The notes beneath the pieces were generated by a model, which worked only from the letters and a program-made list of their open reading frames with translations, was not told the DNA's origin and ran no database searches. Shown in pieces: positions 1 through 13,251 of a DNA stretch of 64,000 nucleotides (the first letter of the stretch is position 1; every line of letters starts with the position of its first letter). The stretch spans positions 17,794,001-17,858,000 of the forward strand of contig OX597829.1 in assembly GCA_951406725.2 (NCBI GenBank). The letters run 5' to 3'. The DNA is from Octopus vulgaris. Lineage: Eukaryota. The position numbers and the translations under genes were made by a program.

Positions 1-33
<33 letters not shown>

Positions 34-186
34 TAAATTAGAGATAAAACCACTATTAGGCAACTCAAACAGTGATAGACATAAACCAAAACATAAAAAA
101 TTATAAAGAATTAATATAATATACACTATATATATATAAAATAATTTTAAATTATCTATATATATGTATGTATATATATATATGTG

Positions 187-217
<31 letters not shown>

Positions 218-714
218 GTATGTATATATATATATGTGTGTGTGTGTCTATATATATATATATATATAAAGTTAAATATATTGATTCGTTTTTAGTACAT
301 AACACATCACTTTTCTTCTCCTTTGCAAAAATCAACAGACGGGCACCAAATTTGTACAGAGTCAGATTAAGGCAAACAAAATACAAAATATGCCTTTAAA
401 TTGCAAATTTCATGAACTTTGTCTTTTTGTGAGAGTGAGATCTCCGTCGAACGACCCAATAGCGGTGACCCTGAGGAGCTGCAGTTTTCATAGGTCTATG
501 GTACAAATCGAGCGAAAGAAACAGTTGATATGCTCCTTATGCTTTTGTCAAGCCACATCCCGACCTCCTAGATAACATAATGAAGGAAAGAGAAGAAGTG
601 CTCAATGATGACCCAGAATGTCTTGAAATCCTAAAAATAGCACCCAGAGCATCAAAGGCCGCAATGGAAACAGTTGAAACAGAACGATAGTGAGAAACAG
701 AGACGGGCAAACAA

Positions 715-1238
715 GTGATGCAACCAGGAAAAGTGATGAACTCAAGCCCAAAACTAAAAGTAAAGACAAGAACAAAGACAAAACCTGAATCACCAGAACG
801 AAAAACGAAGAAAACAAGGACAGAAACTGATAGAGTCCAGGCAGTATGTAAATTCTATTTAAATGGGACCTGTTTGCATAGAGAAAGGGGAGAGGCCTGC
901 AGATTTTCCCATCCCAAGTCTTATCAGATCAACAAGCAGGGTAACAACCTCAAACAAAACCAGCAAAAACATAGAAGAGAGGGAAACCATCAAACATGGA
1001 CCTGCACCAACAGAAAGAAACAAGTCTGAAAAGGCAATATGCAGAGGCTCAACGAATTTTTTAACATGACCCAGAAGATAGTACTGCAGCTGAGATAGGT
1101 GTAAAGGAAGCAAATTCAAAACTATGTATTTCAGTGCAAAAGACCGCCACACGTGATGGATGAAGGATAGCTACCACTAACACCAGTAACACCTACTGAG
1201 ATATCACACCTATATTCTTAATAAACATCGGAGGTCTA
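715..1238 (+). pseudogene. Degenerate ORF with a CCCH zinc finger, probably a LINE ORF1 remnant followed by a possible APE-endonuclease start
   Basis: ORF 715-1029 contains CKFYLNGTCLHRERGEACRFSH (C-x7-C-x8-C-x3-H); 1212-1238 reads IFLINIGGL, resembling the xxNIxGL start of LINE APE domains; flanks are stop-rich. Confidence 0.4.
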
Positions 1239-1896
1239 CATATCTCCTCACCTGGATTCCTTAGTCCTCGATAAAGATTTCAGAATGCAAGCTCCAATCT
1301 TCTGACCGCTGCAAGGCGTTTTCTATAGTAAACATATCTGAATCTCAAATATTGACTATATAAAATTCGCCTGATCCAGGTGCCTTCTTAAATTCCAAAG
1401 TAAAGTGTTTAGTCGATGTCCCCACGAGAGAAAATTCATGATGGGGACATGAGATTCCCTACTTCATGAACAGTGAACTGAGATCGTATATAAACTTAAT
1501 CTTTTCGGACACAACCCGAAAAGAATGCAAAACGGAAAGCGTTCAATTTAATGGAATATTTACATATTTCTAGTAAATCAGATGTTTTAACAAGCGGCTG
1601 CTCACAGTCCATTTCGGTCTTACTGAAGTGCACAATAAGACATGGCAAGTATTTTTTAGCTCTGTACCTAAAGCACTACAGTTATACAAGTATGTCCGTT
1701 CCCCTACCAAACTATTTCAAACCGTGCTGCTTTGTCGAAAAATGCACATGTCTTTAATCTGTCAACGTAATATTTCAGTTTGAACCTTTTCATTTTGATG
1801 TCACATTCCAGCGGACAGTTGTTGATAGGAAGATAATTTACTTAGTATCTGAAATGCACTTAAAAATTCTTTGATATTGATGGCGAAATACCTGCG

Positions 1897-1905
1897 ACAT
1901 ATATA

Positions 1906-1985
<80 letters not shown>

Positions 1986-2115
1986 CATACATACATACAT
2001 ACATACATACATACATACGTACATACATACGTACATACATATATCGATACACTCACTCACACACACATAAATATATATGCGTGTGTGTATATGTATATAT
2101 ATGTGTGTGTCTATG

Positions 2116-2148
<33 letters not shown>

Positions 2149-2326
2149 GTATACATGCATACTTGCATTTTGTATGTCTGTATGCATGCATGTCTGTCTG
2201 TATGCATATATATATATACATTTTGTTTGTATGTATGTATGTATGCATGTATGCATCTATGTTTGTGTATTTGTGAGTATATATGTATATATATGTATAT
2301 ATATGTGTGTATATATATATATATAC

Positions 2327-2370
<44 letters not shown>
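1897..2370. repeat. (TA)n/(TACA)n compound microsatellite
   Basis: Directly visible. Confidence 0.95.
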
Positions 2371-2375
<5 letters not shown>

Positions 2376-3529
2376 ACCAGAAGTAAAAGAAATGGCCCGC
2401 TAAAGCATACACCCACTTACATTCTTTTGTGAACCCCTAAAAAATTTCCGTTACAAAATAGTTGACACACCCAATTATTAAGTTTTTAAATAGTGGACTA
2501 AACTTTGAACCTTTGACATTTCCATTGTCAAAGCAAAGGATTAAATCCAAAAATAACTAAAACTTCTGACACATTCTATACCTCCCTAGCAAAAGTGACA
2601 CACCTAAAAATCCACATCTGCTCACAAAGTTCTACATATGTAAATAAATCATAAACAATAACATAACACCTAACTTAATCAATAAAAATTTCTACAAAAC
2701 ATCTCTCCACAATAACCCTTCCTGAAAACCTAATTGTCACTCCACTTACCCGAAGATAATTTTAACCCAGCAGAGTCTATATAAAGTTAAGATAAACTTC
2801 GATGCGTCGCAGTTCGACAAAGGCTCAAGTGGCCGAAACATCGAAGTCCCTTTTAATAATAATTTTGCTTAAGAATAATAAATTTCTACTCTACAAAAAT
2901 AGAGAGTAACCCACTAGATTTATATAAAATTGTTTTTATTATTACTGAATGCAAAAAGGCGGGCAAAATGCCTAGCGCTGAGAAAATGCTTAGCGGCATT
3001 TTATCCGTTCAAATTCCGCCACCGTCGACTTTGCCTTTCATCTTTTCCCGGTCGATAAAATAGATTCCAGTTGGGCACTGGGGTTGGCGCCACTCCCCGA
3101 AATTGCTAGCCTTGTGCCAAAATTTGAAACTATGCACACACACACATACACACACATACACACATGTATCTAATAAACTCAATATACGTTTTTAAATGCT
3201 ACTATAAAGTTTCATGTGCTGAAAACTTACCAGACATAACTTTTTAAGACGTCTAGTATCCTAGTACAATCTTCAGGCACTGCTCAAATGATATAACAAA
3301 CTAAAAATGGGACGATAGAATGAGGGTAAAAGTTAGAAAAATGTAGATATAAATGGTGGAAGGTTGAAAAACAGCAAAAACAAAAAAGGAAACAGAAAGA
3401 AGCAAAGAATGGGGGAGAATTAGAGTTATTTCCTGTTAGACCGTAAAATATAAGGCTGAAAAGATAGTGATGCCGTGATCAGTTGTTCAATCCAGAAACG
3501 GGTGGTACTAAACAATTCGTCAACCTGGG

Positions 3530-3790
3530 AAAATAGACAAGTTCTTCAGTCTCGACAATTACAAATGGGAGTGGGCTCTTGGTGTTGTTCTCATGTAGTG
3601 ATGCTTTTCATAATAAGGCAGCTGCTATATAATAATTTCACTGAATGCCTGTTAAATAATTTCTTGTACCTGTGATTATCTGGAAAATGTTTGTCTAAGA
3701 GCGACAGGAATGTTTTAAACATGTTAGTTTTTACATTAAGGAAGAAGTGCAGGCCGAACCTAGTTCTTTTCTTTGGTCTATTTTTTTTAA
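3530..3790 (-). mobile_element. Penelope-like element fragment (thumb/linker, Naiad-type CxC-x5-C)
   Basis: Minus strand reads [39 protein letters not shown], then in frame PICNCRD*RTC. Confidence 0.75.
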
Positions 3791-3896
3791 ACATTTCACC
3801 TTTTATATCTACTATCACGCAACAGTACACAATATATATAAATACACATTCGTATATATATTTTTATACGTGTATGTATATATGTATATATATATG

Positions 3897-3970
<74 letters not shown>

Positions 3971-4013
3971 CACATATATATACATATATACATACACGTA
4001 TATATACATACAC

Positions 4014-4060
<47 letters not shown>

Positions 4061-4114
4061 CATATATATGCGTATATATAATAATATATATTTCATATAC
4101 TCAGTATATATATA

Positions 4115-4305
4115 CATCGCCATGATAGATCGTTAGCCACTACACACATTTTTCTCTCCTTGTTCTTTTCTGTGTCCCTTTTTGTAGAAGAGCGTAGGCT
4201 CGAAACGTAAAAGACTGTTTCTATTCCTGATCGTTATACTAATACATCTGTTTGTTTTGTACACCACCTGTCTTCGTCTTTTGTTTTTTTCGTAAACACT
4301 CCCTA
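4115..4305 (+). mobile_element. ~190-bp hammerhead-bearing short repeat inside (TA)n (PLE terminus-like); homolog at 43706-43907 (-)
   Basis: The two dispersed copies align over their length; this copy has (TA)n on both sides. Confidence 0.75.
4176..4215 (+). ncRNA. Minimal hammerhead-like motif, variant core
   Basis: cttt-TTGTAGA-A-GAGC(GTAG)GCTC-GAA-ACGT-A-aaag. Confidence 0.5.
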
Positions 4306-4313
4306 TACATACA

Positions 4314-4365
<52 letters not shown>

Positions 4366-4542
4366 GTGAAATAGAAAGATGAATAATCTTGTAGTAGATT
4401 AATCAAAAGTTTAACCGATACCTTAGTAGCAAAAATCACAGCAGTAAACAGAGTTTCGCCATGGGCTCTTAGGAGCATAGTTCGATTTGTTTTTGCTCCG
4501 CCTCTGTTCTGTTTTTGTTTTTCCAACGGATTTCCTATTTTC

Positions 4543-4622
4543 TTCCTGAAGAGAAAGACACAATATGGTCCCATTATTCAATCGGATTTTGGTAATTTGT
4601 GCCTTTCGAAACACGTGTAGAA
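4543..4622 (+). ncRNA. Type I hammerhead ribozyme with canonical core
   Basis: ttc-CTGAAGA-GAAAGaCACAA...TTGTGcCTTTC-GAA-ACACGTGT-A-gaa; palindromic helix III; predicted cleavage after GUA at 4619; host insert 4362-4691 lies between (TA)n tracts. Confidence 0.8.
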
Positions 4623-4690
4623 TGAAATAAAACGATTTCTGTTCAATCTGCGTTCAGCTCCATTTCTTCAATTCACCAATAATGTTTTAT

Positions 4691-4691
<1 letters not shown>

Positions 4692-4784
<93 letters not shown>

Positions 4785-4799
4785 AGATGTATATATATT

Positions 4800-4856
<57 letters not shown>

Positions 4857-4927
4857 GTATATATACCTATATATATATATACGCATGTATATATATATAT
4901 ATATATACACATATATATAATAATAGA

Positions 4928-5002
<75 letters not shown>
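4692..5002. repeat. (TA)n followed by (AAT)n
   Basis: Directly visible. Confidence 0.95.
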
Positions 5003-5214
5003 TACGCAGTAGCATAACATTACCGTTAATACATACATACATGCATACATATAAATAGACCTACAGATGTTTCTATTGCATCGATTAGTAATAGTTGCAA
5101 TTCCAACCCTACATTAATACCAGTGCAGTTTTTCAGTCTTCACTTTAATATCCTTTGATTTAACTATTTAAAGTTTTTCGCCTATCTACACGCATATAGT
5201 CACACACAGACACA

Positions 5215-5270
<56 letters not shown>

Positions 5271-5392
5271 CATACATACATACATACATACATACATACA
5301 TACATACATACATACATACATACAAGTATGCATGCTTGTGAGTGCGGAGGTCTGTGTGTGGGTGGTGAGTGGATGTAGATAGATAGATAGAC

Positions 5393-5479
<87 letters not shown>

Positions 5480-5877
5480 TAATATAATACGGCGCCTTAC
5501 AAAATATGCATTGCAATTCCGGGTTTCATGCCTAATTAATTAGTTTATTAATCAATCATTTAACGAATTACTTCAGTCAACTCCTTGTGAATATTCAAAA
5601 ATAGAGAACTTCCGGTTGGTATTGGGTAGATTTAGAAGGGAGAAAACGAAGAAAACTGTTGGAAATTGGAAAAAGAAATAAACGGCGATGTTTTTTTAAT
5701 TTAACAAATGTGAACATATAAGAATTTATAACAAGGTTGATTTGAGATCAGGAACGGTATATATTTCCATTAAAAGGAAATGGGTTCAGAAATATCAATT
5801 GACAATATATGTATAGGTATGCGGTATGTGCTAATATATGTGTGTATGTCTGTTTCTGTGTGTGTATGTGTGTAAGA

Positions 5878-5940
<63 letters not shown>

Positions 5941-5994
5941 ATATATATATGTGTGTATGTATATATATACATGTAAATATATATATACATACAT

Positions 5995-6065
<71 letters not shown>

Positions 6066-6189
6066 ACATATATATTAGTATATGATACGACTTATATATG
6101 TATTATATATATTTATTTATCTATATATACACGCACATAGACACATACACATGCACACACCTACATACACATACATACATATATATATA

Positions 6190-6224
<35 letters not shown>

Positions 6225-6409
6225 TAACGTGAAGTCTTTTAAATTTGTTTTCACTCGCTCGCCTACAATCTGTGTATATTTTTTTGGGGGGGGGGGCGGT
6301 AGTATCGATATGCCTCGGTATTTTCAAGCATATTGCAGATAAGTCGATTTTATTTCGCCCGTGTTCCCTTATTATATGCGTATATGTATATATATAATTA
6401 TTAATTCAA

Positions 6410-6610
<201 letters not shown>

Positions 6611-7059
6611 ATATTTACATATATATACATATATATGTGTGTGTGTTTGTCCAGATTATCACTTTACACATGTCTAAGTGCGTATGTGTGTACATACCCA
6701 CACACACACTGCATTTACAAACAATATACATACAATCATAAATTAATTACAAAAAATATAAGGGATCTTATTTACCCTCTGCTTTATAGAAACATACCGT
6801 ATATGAATTTTAAGATGGCTGAGTGTAATGTGCAGAATCATTAGTTTAGTGTTAGTTTAGTGTTTTACTGGAAATGCTTATAAAATTTCGTGGGTATTTT
6901 CTAACAAATTTAGTCATTGTGTCTTTGTAGCATAAAACTGAAAGTCTCATCGTTAGAATTTTCTCATCTATTCTTCTTCTTGTGTGTTTTAAGTTTTTCA
7001 AAGTTTTTCAAAGATCTTCTGCTTGATGTTGAAATAAATAGCATATTCTTTTGGATGAC

Positions 7060-7200
7060 TGTTATGCAAATAACGTTGATATAAAGAGCATGCGCATTTG
7101 ACAGGAAGAGGAAGAGAGAGAACGACCATTCGGAATAACGTATAAGACTATGACTAAAAATTAGTTTCTTTGAACCAGGATTTATTGGTTATACATTACA
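7060..7200 (+). mobile_element. Putative short 5' LTR of the gypsy element
   Basis: Starts TGTTATG and ends CATTACA (TG..CA, 6/7 inverted match); TATAAG at 7141; lies just upstream of gag; no second LTR in the window to confirm the ends. Confidence 0.55.
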
Positions 7201-7281
7201 ATTAAAGAAACTAATGTTTGAAAACACACAATTGGGAAACGTTGCAGAGCAGACTATGGAAAAAGAAATTTGTGAAAAGAT

Positions 7282-8960
7282 ATGAATGATATGGAAAGAT
7301 ACCTGGAACCTGACAGATTGAATGTAGTCCCAAATTCTACAAACGCTGATAAAACTTTTTATCCCTGGTTTAGAACTTTCACTAACTTTATAGACTCACT
7401 ACCAGGGCAGGAAGGTAGGGTTATCGATAAACTCAATCTTTTGATTAATTATGTGGAATCGAACGTATACGAATTCATCAGGGAAGCTCAGAACGACGAA
7501 CAAGCTGTGAATACACTAAAGCGTCTGTACATTAAACCAAAGAACATCGTAAAGGCACGCCATCTTTTAGCCACAAGAAAACAGAAACAAGGGTAATCTT
7601 TAGGCCACTTCTTAAACGAACTCAAAATATGAACGAAAGACTGATTTTGTTACAGTGAGTGCTGAGCAGTACCGGTCTGAAATGATTCGAGATGCCTTTA
7701 TAAATGGACTCACTTCGAATCAAATATGACAAAGACTATTAGAAAACAAAAGTGCCGACCTCAATACAGCTTATGATCAAGCACGTTCACTAGATGTGGC
7801 ACAACAGTGTTCCAGTCTCTTTCTAAACCCTGAGGGCGCCAACTTCAGTCCAACCATTGTAGCTAAGCCAATAGATTCTCCAAAGCAGGAAGAAAAATAC
7901 TCTGCCGCGACCCGAAGAGAAGACCCCTCTCAATGTTGGTTTTGTGGCTATTCCAGACAATCGCGGACGCACTGCCCTGCGCGGAGAGCCAAAAAAATGC
8001 CAAACAATAGGGCATTTTGGAAAGCTATGTAGGAGCAACGCAGCAACTGTAACACAGGATAACGGTAAATATAATTTGCCATTGGCAGCATCAACATCAG
8101 CAGGTTCATCCTTCCGAGTAACCTCCCTGGTTATACTGAACAATAGCTATAAAGCCGAAGCATAAATTGATAGCGGTAGCACTGACAAGAGCTTCATCAG
8201 TGAGAAACTATTGAACACACTCAACATCAAGACGGTCTAATTGAAGAACGTCATTGGTATGGCTTCTGCATCTCTTTCTGCAGAATCCAAGGGATACTGC
8301 ACTGTTTCACTAACTCCGAATAATCAGAAATACTACAATTTGAAACTGTACGTGCTCAGAAACTTGTGCACTGACCTAATTCTGGGTACTGACTTCCAAG
8401 AACGGCATGGAAGTATTACCGTACAATGCGGAGGACAGAGACCACCATTAACATTTACTGCGCTGACAACTATGAAAACTGATCCTCCAATGCTGTTCGC
8501 TCATCTCAGAGAGAACTGTAAACTTATTGCAGCCAAATCGCGAAATTACTCGGAACGTGATCGAGAGTTCATCAGGACAGAAGTACGCCGCTTAGCAGAT
8601 GCGAACATTATTGAACCTAGTAACTCCCCTTGGAGATCGCAAGTGTTAGTTGTTCAAGGAAAAAAAAGGTGAAGAATGGTGATTGACTACTCAGAGACGA
8701 TTAACAAATATACACAGCTTGATGCCCACTCCCTTCCTAAAATTGATGAGTTAGTGAACACTATCGCCAAGTATAAAATCTACAGTACTATAGACTTACG
8801 TTCTTCGGCATACCATCAGATTCCTCTATCAGAGAAAGACCGTCAATTCACTGCCTTTGAAGGTGAAGGTGAATTATGGCATTATACTAGGATGCCATTC
8901 GGAGTAACTAACGGCAGCACATGTTTCCAACATATAATGGACGACTTCGTGAGGAAATTA
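7282..8960 (+). mobile_element. Ty3/gypsy gag-protease-RT pseudogene, 3'-truncated before YxDD
   Basis: gag YLEPDRL..WFRTFTNF; zinc knuckles CWFCG..HCPA and KCQTIGHFGKLC; protease A*IDSGS; RT PSNSPWRSQVLVV, MVIDYS, STIDLRSSAYHQI, FTAFE, YTRMPFGVTN; multiple stops and frameshifts. Confidence 0.93.
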
Positions 8961-9053
8961 CAAGCTTTATTTCTATTAGCGTATCACTCCTTCTCACCAA
9001 CTTACTACGGCGTTACCCTGTTATATCTCTGTGTTAGTGAGGTAAACAACCTT

Positions 9054-9493
9054 GGATCTTTTCGGTTTGAACTGCAGTTTTTTAAAATAATCTCCACGTA
9101 ACTAAACACTTTTAAACTTCGTATACTGGTAGAATGTGTTTATAAAACATCTTTTTCTCTTGGCTTTATTGAGAAAATTCTATAGTTTGTAAGATATTAG
9201 TTGTTGTTTTTTCTTCAATTTCTGCAATTTCAACCAATCAATGACGTCTGTTGAAGTGAAAACATTCTGTGCCGTATGAATACGTCCCTCGTTTAAGAAA
9301 CAGATTGGGTTTATTTATATTTCTGAAGAAAAAAAGATACCCTTCCCTCCACCTCTAATCCTAAGCCTAACCCTAACTAACCCTAACCCTAAAACAGATT
9401 GAAATGCAATAGATCGATACTAGGGTCATAATTATGGGTGACAATTTCATATGACACTGCTAGAAAAAACTGCCGTTCAAACCGGAAAGATCC
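9054..9493. mobile_element. 440-bp MITE (Merlin-like) with an internal (CCCTAA)n-like tract
   Basis: ~29-bp TIRs GGATCTTTTCGGTTTGAAC.GCAGTTTTT; perfect 8-bp TSD ACAACCTT (9046-9053 and 9494-9501); second copy at 45439-45887. Confidence 0.88.
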
Positions 9494-9799
9494 ACAACCT
9501 TGTCTCCGAATCCACTATATTCTAAATATTTCAGTAACATTGGAGATCGCCATGTCAAAGGTTTCCTTATTAGATTAAAATATATGCTTTGCTTTATTTA
9601 ATCACATATTTAAAAAAGAAATCACGGTGAGTGGTAGGACTTTATATCCATATACTTTTCGTTGAATAAATATGTAGTTAAATTAAAGGTGACATCTCCG
9701 AAATTTTAGAAAGCCAGCTAGTTTAATAGTAATTTTAGAATATGTACAGGCATATATAAAAATATACACATGAATATGTGTATACGTGTGTATACGTGT

Positions 9800-9800
<1 letters not shown>

Positions 9801-9835
<35 letters not shown>

Positions 9836-9966
9836 ATAGTGGTGGTGGTGGTGGTGGTGGTGGTGGTGGTGGTGGTGGTGGTGGTGGTGGTGGTGGTGGT
9901 GGTGGTGGTGGTGGTGGTGGTGGTGTGGTGGTGGTGGTGGTGGTGGTGGTGGTAGTAGTAGTAGTG

Positions 9967-10039
<73 letters not shown>
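9801..10039. repeat. (TAG)n/(GGT)n trinucleotide array
   Basis: Directly visible. Confidence 0.95.
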
Positions 10040-10448
10040 GTGTGAGCGGCCTAATTTGGCCAGTTTAAAATGCTAGAAGGTTGAATTACATTTCAGAATA
10101 TAGTTTCAGGTGGAAAGCGCTGTTCTGTGGGGACGGCAAGTGAACGGTATTAAACCTCTGAAGCGATTAAAAAGAAATTACGTTTACTGGCTTATTAATA
10201 TGTAATTTTATACAATAATTACTATGACTTATACTAACATTAAATCATTTTTTTTTTCTTCATGTCCGTTCGATTTGAAATATTAGACGTAAACACATCA
10301 AGACGAAATAACGACCGAATATCTTAGTTTAATGTTTCAAATCTAATATACATCTCCATCTCCAGCTCACAACATGGATTTACAACTCTATATTTAACCA
10401 GGACATTATTTACAAATATAACAGAAAATACGCGATATCTCCAACATG

Positions 10449-10835
10449 TACCTATTTCTTTACTACCCACAAGGGGCTAAACACAGAGAGGACAAACGAA
10501 TTAAGTCGATTATATCGACCCCTATGCGTAACTGGTACTTCTTTAATCGACCCCGAAAGGATGAAAGGCAAAGTCGACCTCGGCGGAATTTGAACTCAGA
10601 ACGTAGCGGCAGACGAAATACCTATTTCTTTATTACCCACAAGGGGCTAAAAATAGAGGGAACAAACAAGGACAGACACACAGATTAAGTCGATTACATC
10701 GACACCAGTGCGTAACTGGTACTTAATTTATAGACCCCGAAAGGATGAAAGGCAAAGTCGACCTCGGTGGAATTTGAACTCACAACGTAACGACTGACGA
10801 AATACCGCAAAGCATTTCGCCCGGCGTGCTAACCA
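10449..10835 (-). mobile_element. tRNA-SINE family A, tandem dimer
   Basis: B box GAGTTCAAATTCC, body GACTTTGCCTTTCATCCTTTCGGGGTCGAT, tail GCCCCTTGTGGGTAGTAAAGAAAT; two units. Confidence 0.9.
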
Positions 10836-10970
10836 TTCCGATCATTATTGACATCAACAAACCTTTCGACAGACTGCATTCCTGACTAGCTACAAATGCA
10901 AAAATTATTCTCATCCCCACTTTTATGAAACGACAGTAGGTAAACTATCAAACCGGCAAGCCTAAATTAT

Positions 10971-11206
10971 ATACCTATTTCTTTACTACCCACAAGGGGC
11001 TAAACACAGCGGGGGCAAACAAGGGTAGACAAACGGATTAAGTCGATTACATCGACCCCAGTGCGTAACTGGTACTTATTTAATCGACGCCGAAAGAAAG
11101 AAAGGCAAAGTCGACCTCGGCGGAATTTGAACTCAGAACGTAGCGGCAGACGAAATACAGCAAAGCATTTCGTCCGGCGTGCTAACGTTTCTGCCAGCTC
11201 GCCGCC
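10971..11206 (-). mobile_element. tRNA-SINE family A, full length
   Basis: Head GGCGGCGAGCTGGCAGAAACGTTAG through tail. Further partial or diverged copies at about 2955-3130, 14625-14840, 15100-15270, 16151-16309, 25288-25490, 30385-30697, 32065-32270, 35449-35640, 36620-36775, 43395-43545, 47028-47208, 50750-50975, 52845-53075. Confidence 0.92.
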
Positions 11207-11571
11207 TAAATTGCGTATATACCAAGGGAGCATTACCAGAACCTGTAATTTCATGAATGACGTAGCACAAGGAACCAAACATTACGGGGCATACAGACAG
11301 CTATATTCACAATCAACAGCCTTGCATGCTCTTAGACATAAATGCGTTGTTTAGAATCTGGCTTTGCAAACATGTGATTTCAGGTTCGGTCTCAGAGCGC
11401 GGCAACTTCAACTTTGGGCAAGTGTCTTACCCCGGGCTGACCAATGCCTTCTGAGTGAATTTCATACACAAAAATTGTGTGGAAGCCTATATACATACAC
11501 AAACTCATATGTATGTATATATGAGTGAGTGTATGCGAGTGTGTGCGTGTGTATGCGAGTGTGTGCGTATG

Positions 11572-11639
<68 letters not shown>

Positions 11640-11697
11640 TTTTTCATATATACACACACACGCGCACACACACACACACATACACACACACACACAC

Positions 11698-11765
<68 letters not shown>

Positions 11766-11905
11766 TTGATGTTCAGAAAGACCTAGGTCGACTTCATCAG
11801 AATTAGAGTAGAAATATGTATTACACCACACAAATTACTTAAATTGCCGGAGCGCACACAGGACATGCACTCACTCACACACACACACACACACACACAT
11901 ACACA

Positions 11906-11968
<63 letters not shown>

Positions 11969-13006
11969 AACTGATTGCTTTTCCATTACATCAAATAATT
12001 TTCTCTTTTTTTCTTTAAACGAAGGGAACGGCATCTCTTTTGGAAATTTCGTTCGATAAAGTAATGTTTCTAAAACAGAATTACCATTGATGTTCACGGC
12101 TGGAAGGTGGAATGTTTGTGGCTAACTGCTATTACTGTTGATTAGATCCCGTTCGAATTTATAATTTCACTCTCACTAGACTCGTGCATACTACCGCCGA
12201 TTCGCAAGCATACGTAGACGGACTTGTAGATCTCTTTTTTAAAAAAACAAGTCTTGAGTAGTCTGTATAAATGTACACAGTATTTGCCATTTATCGTTGA
12301 TAGTAAGTGACATAAATTTAGGAACATTTATAAATATAAAACATGTTGGAATTCATTTATTTCTGTTGTCATTATTGTTGTTGTTGTTGCTGGTTGTGGT
12401 GGTGGGGGGGGTGATGATGGTGGCGTTTCCAACGTTCATACTCCTCTACATGACTTACTTCGTAGAGAGACATGATAGTTAAAGAAACGTGTTTAAGAGA
12501 ATGAAAGATTTATAGTTTAAGAAGAAGCTGCTGGATATATGTTCGTATATGTTTTTGTGCGCGTGTGTTTCCGTGTGTCTGTGTACATGTGTGTATGTGT
12601 CGGTCTGACTGTGTACGTATGTGTGCCTGCATATATATATATATATGTGTATGTGTGTGTGTGTGTGTATACATACATACACATATATATATATGTGTGT
12701 GTGTGTATATATATATATATACATATATATGTATGTATATACATATATATATATATATATACATATATATACACACACACTCATACATATATATATATAT
12801 ATACTTATACAATCGCACATGTGTAATATATATACAGATATACATTAATAATTACACACCTAAATTAGAGTGTGTGAAAGGTATGTAAATATACATATGT
12901 GTGTGTGTGTGTGCGTATGTATGTGTGTGTGTGTGCGTGTGCGTACGAGTGTGTGTATGTCGATACTTGTGTATGTTTATATATCAGTAGATATATGTGT
13001 GTGCAT

Positions 13007-13043
<37 letters not shown>

Positions 13044-13117
13044 AACATACAGACACACACACACACACATGTCTCGACCGAAATATATAACGTACATCTT
13101 TAACTATGTACATATAA

Positions 13118-13251
<134 letters not shown>

